This document shows, one piece after another, positions 19,701-25,500 of a stretch of 52,326 nt of DNA. Under the pieces are notes generated by a model. That model saw only the letters and a program-made list of their open reading frames with translations, made no database searches and had not been told where the DNA came from. The first letter of the stretch is position 1. The number at the start of each line of letters is the position of its first letter. The position numbers and the translations under genes are program-made. The stretch is from a virus (Duplodnaviria; Caudoviricetes), in the IMG/VR virus record IMGVR_UViG_3300042465_004150, positions 1 to 52,326 of that record, one strand, 5' to 3'.

Positions 19701-22064
19701 CTGGAACATCATCTCGGCTGGGTTCTCTTCGCGCCACTGTGTAGCGGCTTCGATAAACTTGTCGTAATCTTTGTCGACGAATTCGTCGATGGTTTTATAC
19801 CCGGCGTCCTCGGCCTTTTGCTGGAGGAACACCTCTTGGCGCGCAGCGTCGTCCGCAATCTGGACGATCTCTTCGCGCTTGCTAAAGGCTAAAGGGGCAC
19901 CAGTAATATCGACGTCCTCGCTGTATCTAGGGTTCTTGGCCAGGACCAGGGGGCCGATCTGGATCACCTCATCTGCTTCAACGACCGGCTGCATGCTGTC
20001 GCGGTTGTAGAAGTAACTGTGGCGGAATGGGTCCATGCCCACCTGCACCCAGTTTGGATCGTTCAGCGCCGCGTCAGCGCGGGCCTTGGCGTCTGCTTTG
20101 CTGACGGGTGACCACTTGCCAAGCATGGTGGCAATCGTGCCCTTGGACGTGCCCTGGGCGATCTTGGTTGCGGCCCTTTGGTTCATGCCAAAGGTCACGT
20201 CTGTCAATGCAGCCACGGACTCATAGCCCAATCTGGTGCCAGCGTCGTATGCCGCTTGCACTTCCCGGTTGGTGGACTTGGGTGTGTGCACAGTCACCAC
20301 CCAGGTGTCGTGCAATTGATAGGACGGAATGTCCAAGCGCAGTTGCGCCCAATCGCCACGCTTCAAGTTCATGGACGGAACACCGTACTGGGCCGCCTTC
20401 TCTGGGCTTTGCCCCTTGCCTGTTGCCAGGGCATAGCGTGCGTCTTTGGGCGTCGTGATGGCTGGCACCTTGGCGTAGGGGTAGACCGGGCGCAGCTCGT
20501 CGACCATGCGGTTGTATTCGGTGCGTGTGATCTTGCCGTCTTGCAAGTCGGTGACGGCTTGCTGAAGCTGTTCGGTGCGCTTGAACCGGTCGGCATCGGT
20601 GTTGGCCACGCGGCTGGCTTCGGCGTTCTTCTGCTCTCGTCGACTGAAGCTAGGTGCAATTACTTTACGGGCTACGATACCCAGGCCAACGTCTCGCTCA
20701 GTCTCATAACGCACAGGGTTTTCCAGGGGGTACAAATATTTGACGCCCCCTGGAGCGATGTCAAACTTGGAGTCTTTGGGCACCAGGCTTTGGTCGCGGT
20801 ATTGGTCAAACTGTTTTTGTGTGGTGACTTTGATAGGCTCGCCAATCGTCACCGCGCCAATTGCTTTGGCCGGACCGTCTCCGGTACGCACAATGGCGAC
20901 CCGTTTTCCAACATAGGGGCGGAGCGAATCCGACGCCCTGGTTTCAAGTGTCTTTTCTCCGTCAACAATTTTGTCAGCATATCGGTTTTCTCCGTCCTGA
21001 TTGACGTTGATACCAATGCTTTCGGGTATACTTGGAGATATGGCCTTCGACTTCAAATCCCTGCCACCCGGAACCCGGTTCTTTGACTGGTCAGATATTC
21101 CTGTGACCGTCTCTTCCGGCTGGCGTTCGGCCACGGCTTGGACACCAGGCCCCTCGCCGCGCAACCCCTCCGATGTGCGAGAAAACGCAAGCGAAATTTC
21201 TGAAGCTGCCTTCGAGACTTTGTTCAACGAGGTCTCAAGCCTGCGCAAGAAGAACCCATACCCCTCAGAATAAATCTTCATCTGAAGGTCGACCATCTTG
21301 GTCTTCAAAGCCCCTGGCGGCATCTCACGTTCAAACGCGTAAATCTCGTGGCCCAAGTTTTTGGCGGCCAGCATCTCTGGCGTGTTGATCTGAATCTCAG
21401 CGATAGTGCCGTCAGGCAAAACCACGTTTGTCAGTATGTCTTGGTACCCAGTCTCCAGGGGTTTGCCAGGTAGGACTTCCCCGTCCGGCGTATCGATGTC
21501 TTCGGCAAGCCGGTTCTTGATTCGATCGAATTTGTAGACCTGGCCGATCTTGTTGATCACTTGCTGGGCTTCTTCAATGCTGCTGACAGCTATGGTCCCG
21601 CGAAGCAGGTCACGCATTGTGTCGGCCAACCAGTCTTGCTCTTTGACCAATTTGGTGACGGCGCGGTATGGCTTTTTGATGCCAGGCTTTTTGGCGTACC
21701 CGTTGACTTCCTCAGCGATCCGGTCAAGCTCAGCATCAAAAGATGCTTTGTTGCGCCTTGCAGCCTCGAACATGGGCGCGAGCATTTCCCCGCCCATGGC
21801 GCGTTCCTCTGGCGTGAGCGGGTCGACCGGCTCGGGCTTCTTGTATTTGGCAATCGCGGCCTTGGCCTCGGCGATTGTTTCGGGATCGAGGATGTCTTCA
21901 GGCGTCAGGCTGGGCAAACGCTCACGCATGCTTAGCGCCACCTTGGGGCTGGGCAACAGGTGTTGCAAGCCGCCGTCAACTAGGTACGCTTTAAACGCGG
22001 CTTGGCCTTCGATAACGCGCTCATTGCCGTCCGCGTCGGTGAACCGATACGTGCAGTTGGCCAT
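16773..22064 (-). CDS. large polyvalent (probably ejected) protein: RelA/SpoT-like synthetase, ASCH, unknown domain, ART-PolyVal, C-terminal LPD38-like region
   Basis: KKPYRAVTK, DLLRGTI, GYQD, AEIQINT, GHEIY (~21260-21745); YADKIVDGEKTLETR ASCH (~20660-21020); FKRWFGDSKVVD..PLVVYHGS..YFT..HDGVI..EYVVF..QIKS (~19200-19695). Confidence 0.85.
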   Translation of the reverse strand: MANCTYRFTDADGNERVIEGQAAFKAYLVDGGLQHLLPSPKVALSMRERLPSLTPEDILDPETIAEAKAAIAKYKKPEPVDPLTPEERAMGGEMLAPMFEAARRNKASFDAELDRIAEEVNGYAKKPGIKKPYRAVTKLVKEQDWLADTMRDLLRGTIAVSSIEEAQQVINKIGQVYKFDRIKNRLAEDIDTPDGEVLPGKPLETGYQDILTNVVLPDGTIAEIQINTPEMLAAKNLGHEIYAFEREMPPGALKTKMVDLQMKIYSEGYGFFLRRLETSLNKVSKAASEISLAFSRTSEGLRGEGPGVQAVAERQPEETVTGISDQSKNRVPGGRDLKSKAISPSIPESIGINVNQDGENRYADKIVDGEKTLETRASDSLRPYVGKRVAIVRTGDGPAKAIGAVTIGEPIKVTTQKQFDQYRDQSLVPKDSKFDIAPGGVKYLYPLENPVRYETERDVGLGIVARKVIAPSFSRREQKNAEASRVANTDADRFKRTEQLQQAVTDLQDGKITRTEYNRMVDELRPVYPYAKVPAITTPKDARYALATGKGQSPEKAAQYGVPSMNLKRGDWAQLRLDIPSYQLHDTWVVTVHTPKSTNREVQAAYDAGTRLGYESVAALTDVTFGMNQRAATKIAQGTSKGTIATMLGKWSPVSKADAKARADAALNDPNWVQVGMDPFRHSYFYNRDSMQPVVEADEVIQIGPLVLAKNPRYSEDVDITGAPLAFSKREEIVQIADDAARQEVFLQQKAEDAGYKTIDEFVDKDYDKFIEAATQWREENPAEMMFQKRQTETPEFKRWFGDSKVVDDQGEPLVVYHGSLSKGVTVFDTSRVTTRSAKGDLAGTYFTGDAQAAMGYTRAFGASIRTPRGDVTQAYLRIENPLNTTAAIKKYRRQGLSFGDAKRRALEVLTPEHDGVIFDGDSVNPSEYVVFKPTQIKSAIDNTGAFDENNPDIRLAQRQPVGKETEGWIFSRDELGRFRFGAGAKAYRYAADVANTVLGAINLKPVSPELSRALRKMKMEIEKAQNLTVDVAKNLKDLPEQERQMISDVIEGELKRGSKPPKHVLDLAASMQSIMSEQTAELVRLGMLSPEAAGRWDGKYLPRFYEQKLGDETKAWMKAVKNLLGRKKTMQGIGGSSLKARGMFETVPVDDLADWESEGWEVRDPDFDPAVNDTITVWRDYTRDERDDMGEIRDSMFRFVMGYNKSQRDIALGRLYESLATNYASRTEQPGYVKVPDTKIEDTMVPRYGKIAGKWVPKEVLDQLSAFDSSMQNDLTKMYLKGLSMWKEGKTVLNPVAHANNVLSNLTMAHFAGVSYWDAHKYIGSIKDLVKGDAMVDEAKDAGLFGGTFNRSELIKAMPEELRAMAQMTESPIGKNVDRVWNALSLFLRKPMGVAYDAEDQFFRYLIYRDARGRGLGVDDSVDYAQKYIFTYDDLPKTARIIRDMPVGLPFFSYTFKAIPALANTALEHPFRYAAPAVALYTVNAIMYSIAASLGGGDDEDWWTIVRRYVTDDEFRARVKDMEKQERKSLPEWMKGASLSLGTEKAIRLGTDDLTNLPVFLDVSRVFPGGDLFDAHNNAGGIPLLAPLTPNNPVLTTAAAMLFNKDTFRNKDIVLKSDTAEEAAKKRAAWMWKQASPAIAVGNTHFERAMNVVANSTGQPVNVGLAEYTGIGADGLPIQPKYAAMQTVGIKARPIDLDTSEKIQASQTKAMIRELELEIRKLTRLESKGAITSEASEREKEKLREKRSNLRQGLTVTGEEKD
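21040..21273 (+). CDS. nested antisense 77-aa ORF, candidate antitoxin for the RelA-like domain
   Basis: GGAG and TATACT just before ATG; MAFDFKSLPPGTRFFDWSDIPV...ASEISEAAFETLF is globular-looking while the host frame here reads like a shadow. Confidence 0.6.
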   Translation: MAFDFKSLPPGTRFFDWSDIPVTVSSGWRSATAWTPGPSPRNPSDVRENASEISEAAFETLFNEVSSLRKKNPYPSE

Positions 22065-22068
22065 GTGA

Positions 22069-22560
22069 TTAACCGCCTAATTCTTGATCGATCAAAAGCA
22101 TGCCCGCTTTGTCGCCATCCATCAGCTGGATGCGAGACAACAAGTCGCCGTACTCGCCGACACTGGTGCGTTGGAATTCCAAAAACTGCAATAGGAATTG
22201 CTGAACAACGGGGTCCTCGCTGGTCTGGCCGTACCACTTCTTGTAGTCGTTGTACAACTCCAGCTCGGTCTCGTACCCGGTCTCGATCGCATCGCTCAAG
22301 CTCTTGATCGGGTCGTTCATGGCCTCGATCATCGGGACCTTGGCCACGGTGCCCACGTCGTTTTGGAATTCAACGTGCAGCTGGTAATGCACCAGCTCGT
22401 CGGCGCTTTCTTTCAAAAAGAATTTGGTTGCGCCGAAATAACCAAGGCGTTGCAGCTCGTTGGCGACGTGCTTGTAGAGATTTGACGCATAGAGTTCTGA
22501 ATGAACGGCGTCGTCCAGCATGTCTTTGCACTCTTGGGAGATGATCATTTTGGGCAACAT
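22069..22560 (-). CDS. ferritin-like protein
   Basis: ELYASNLY, GATKFF..ESADELVH, YETE, QFLLQFLEFQ match the four-helix ferritin pattern. Confidence 0.85.
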   Translation of the reverse strand: MLPKMIISQECKDMLDDAVHSELYASNLYKHVANELQRLGYFGATKFFLKESADELVHYQLHVEFQNDVGTVAKVPMIEAMNDPIKSLSDAIETGYETELELYNDYKKWYGQTSEDPVVQQFLLQFLEFQRTSVGEYGDLLSRIQLMDGDKAGMLLIDQELGG

Positions 22561-22569
22561 GGCGAATCC

Positions 22570-25500
22570 TTATTTGCAGTTAATCTTAACCAGGCCAGAG
22601 TCATCCAGCTCTGACAGAATGTCGAGCCAATTATCCTGGATGTATTTGATTTGAGGGCCGTCTGGCCGTGCGGTGTATGCAACCTCGGCCTTGGTCTTTG
22701 CCAGGCCCCGTTTGTCCAGGGCCTGGAATATGTCTTCGAGAGACTGGCCTACTACTTCGTCGGCTCGGACTCGGTAAGTTCGTTGCTCGATAAAAGTTTG
22801 CCGGTCTGCTCCGCCAAGCGGGCCGCTTGGGCTGCTCGGCTGGCCAGCCTGCTTATTTGCTCCCGCGACCGACTTGCCAGCCACTTGTCGTGCTGGTCCT
22901 GGTCCAGATTTGGCTGCTGCGCTGATTCGTTTTCCATCAAAACCTTCTTTCGTGAGGAGCGATTTTGCCGCACCTGCGTAGTCTTGGCTAGTGACTCGCA
23001 GCTTTACGCCCAACTTTTTGTAAAGCTCTTGTTCTGGATACCAGATTAAAGCCTGCAAAGCTGCGGGCGGTACGCGTTTGCCGGTCTCTGCTTCGACCTT
23101 GTCCACCATCTGGCGGACCACATCTCTCAGAAGTTGGCGCTCGCCACCGCTTTTGGGGGCGTCTTTTGGCTTCTCGGCAGACTTGATGATTGCACCAGCC
23201 GCGCCAACCAGGGCGGTCTTCTTGCGAGCGCCGGAGTCAAACGCGGCACGTTCCTTGATGAATTGGCGGTTGTGCAGGCTGTTAACCTGTCGCGCCAAAG
23301 CAACGGCACCCGCGTCGGTCTTCATCGCTTCGTCGACTATGGCCTTGTCAAACTGGTCAGCGTACAAGCCCACGGATGCTGGCCCAGTCTCGGCCAGGGC
23401 AGCGCGCAGCTTGGCCACTTGCTTGGGGAACAGGACCGGGTCAAACGCTGGCAGCGTACCGGCCAGGCGGCCGACGGTGCGCATGAACCACATGTCCATG
23501 GTGACCGGTTCAAAGTTGCCGGTGAGGTTCGAGTAAAAGCCAAAGCCGATCTTGGGTCCAAAGATCGCAGACCCCAGCATCTTCTCGTCCATCGATTCGC
23601 CGCCGATCGGAAAGCCCATGGTCTCCAGGTCGCGCTTGGTGAATTCGGTTTGCAAGAATCTGCGCAACAGGTCAGGACCCATCTCGGCCAACACGTCGTT
23701 GGCCAAAGCAAAGTTGTTCCCCATCGCTGGCGCGGATTTGCCGGTGCCCACCTCTGGGAATTTGCTTACGCCCTGCGCATTTACCGAGGCCCTGTAAGCC
23801 TCGTACTGCTTGGACGCATAGCGCAAGTTGTCCTCGACGTTCATCGTCTGGGACGATATGGCCACGGCCATCAAAAACGCATTGCGTGCGGCTGGGTCGG
23901 TGTTCAGCTCTGGGTATTTGACCGCCATGATCCGCAGCGTTTTTGCCACGGTCTCGTCGTACCACTCGACCGCATTGCCTGCGCTGCGGATTGCAGCAAC
24001 AGCTTCGGCCGACAACAGTTTGGCCAGGACCTCGCGGTCTTCCGGCTTCTTGATGTCGAGGATGGGCAAACCAGATTCAGCGCGCCTTGCGTCCAGCCAC
24101 TGGACAACCTCTGGCACGCCCCCGATTCGAGGGGCCTGGAATGTCTGGTCCTTGGTCAGGCCGGTCATCATCGGCAAGGCCGATGCGTTGTACTCAGCAT
24201 CTGACATCTTGAGGCTCTTGGCCACGTCTTGGTAAACACCAAAGTCTTTGGGCACTGGCGGACCAACGAACGGGGCTTGTTGCTTCTTGGCAAAGCGCAC
24301 GTCGCTGCCGATCCGCTCCAGCTCGGTGTTGGCTGCCTCGGCCTGATCGGCCGGGATTTCCAAGTTGCCCATGCGAACCTGAGCGCCAGGGATTTTGGTC
24401 ACGTCGATTGCGTTTGCTTCGCGTGACAGCAAGCCCTTGGTCAGCTTGGTAGGCGCGGCAGCTTCAGGTGCGGCCGCCGAGGGAACCTGGCCAAGCGCGC
24501 GCACAGGCACGGCCTTGTGCTTCATGCCCAGCAGCACGACGGCTGACTGGTTGTTTCCAAACGGCGCAATGTAGCCGTCGAAGCCCGCGTTGATTACCGC
24601 TGACTCGAACGCGTTGGCGTCCGCTTGCGGCTTGATCAGTCGCGTTTCGGGGTCGTAGATGTTTTGGAGGTTGACTTCGTGGGCGATTCCACCGACTCCG
24701 CTTTCGGGGCGGATGCCTGCCCCCTTGTCAACATAGAAGTAAATCCGGTTTTTGAGCCTCGGATCAGGGCTGCTGTCCAAGCGATTGCGTTCTGCACCTT
24801 TGAGACCACGGCCATAATATGCTCCACTTAAAACTTGACGGGGGGCCGTTGAGTAATGTCGGCCGATAACGGAGACTGCGCCTTGGCGGGCTGTTCCGTA
24901 GCTAGGGGCCGGACCGCCCCCACCTTCCTCAGATAGTTGTCCAATTGCGCCTGCAACGCTTGGTTGGATTTCACTTCTTGCAATGCCATCGATTCGTTGT
25001 CCATTTACTGCTCCCAGTGCGCCCTTGTTGTACGCCACCAAGGCGTCACGGGCGACCATCTTAGCGCGATTCAAATCGCGAATGTACTTGTCGACCTTGG
25101 CCGATTCTTTTCGCCCCTGGTCCTTTGACCCGCGCAAAGTTTGCAGCAGGTTGTCGATGATGCCAACCCACTTACTGACAAAGCCCTTGAACCCTTGCGG
25201 ATCAGCCTTGGCCACGTCGGCCCAGAATGCCTTGTCAGTTGCTCGGTTGCCCAAGAAGTCGGCGGTCATCTCCGACTTCAAGTTGTCGCTGGTCAAAAGC
25301 TGCTGCACCCGCTGCTCGCGCGCAGCTGGGTCGGCAATTTTGATCAGCTCATCGCGGTGCAAGAAGTTCTCGACATAGGCGCGCTTGCCCTCGTCGGTCA
25401 TGTCATCGAAAACGCTGTCGATGCTGGCCGTGAATTTCTGGGCCGGTGTGTCGGTCAGGCCAGCTGAAGTCTCGGCTGCTGCGATCTGTTCGACCGTGTG

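Noticed and set aside
23134-24204. Long antisense ORFs (also 49276-50394, 6402-7307, 20178-21086, 9289-10233)
   Set aside because: Typical high-GC shadow frames of well-supported genes, without initiation signals or protein-like composition
24636-24827. 63-aa +1-frame ORF following the MDNES ORF
   Set aside because: Lies wholly inside the conserved ART-like core, has no convincing RBS before its GTG, and reads like a frameshift shadow
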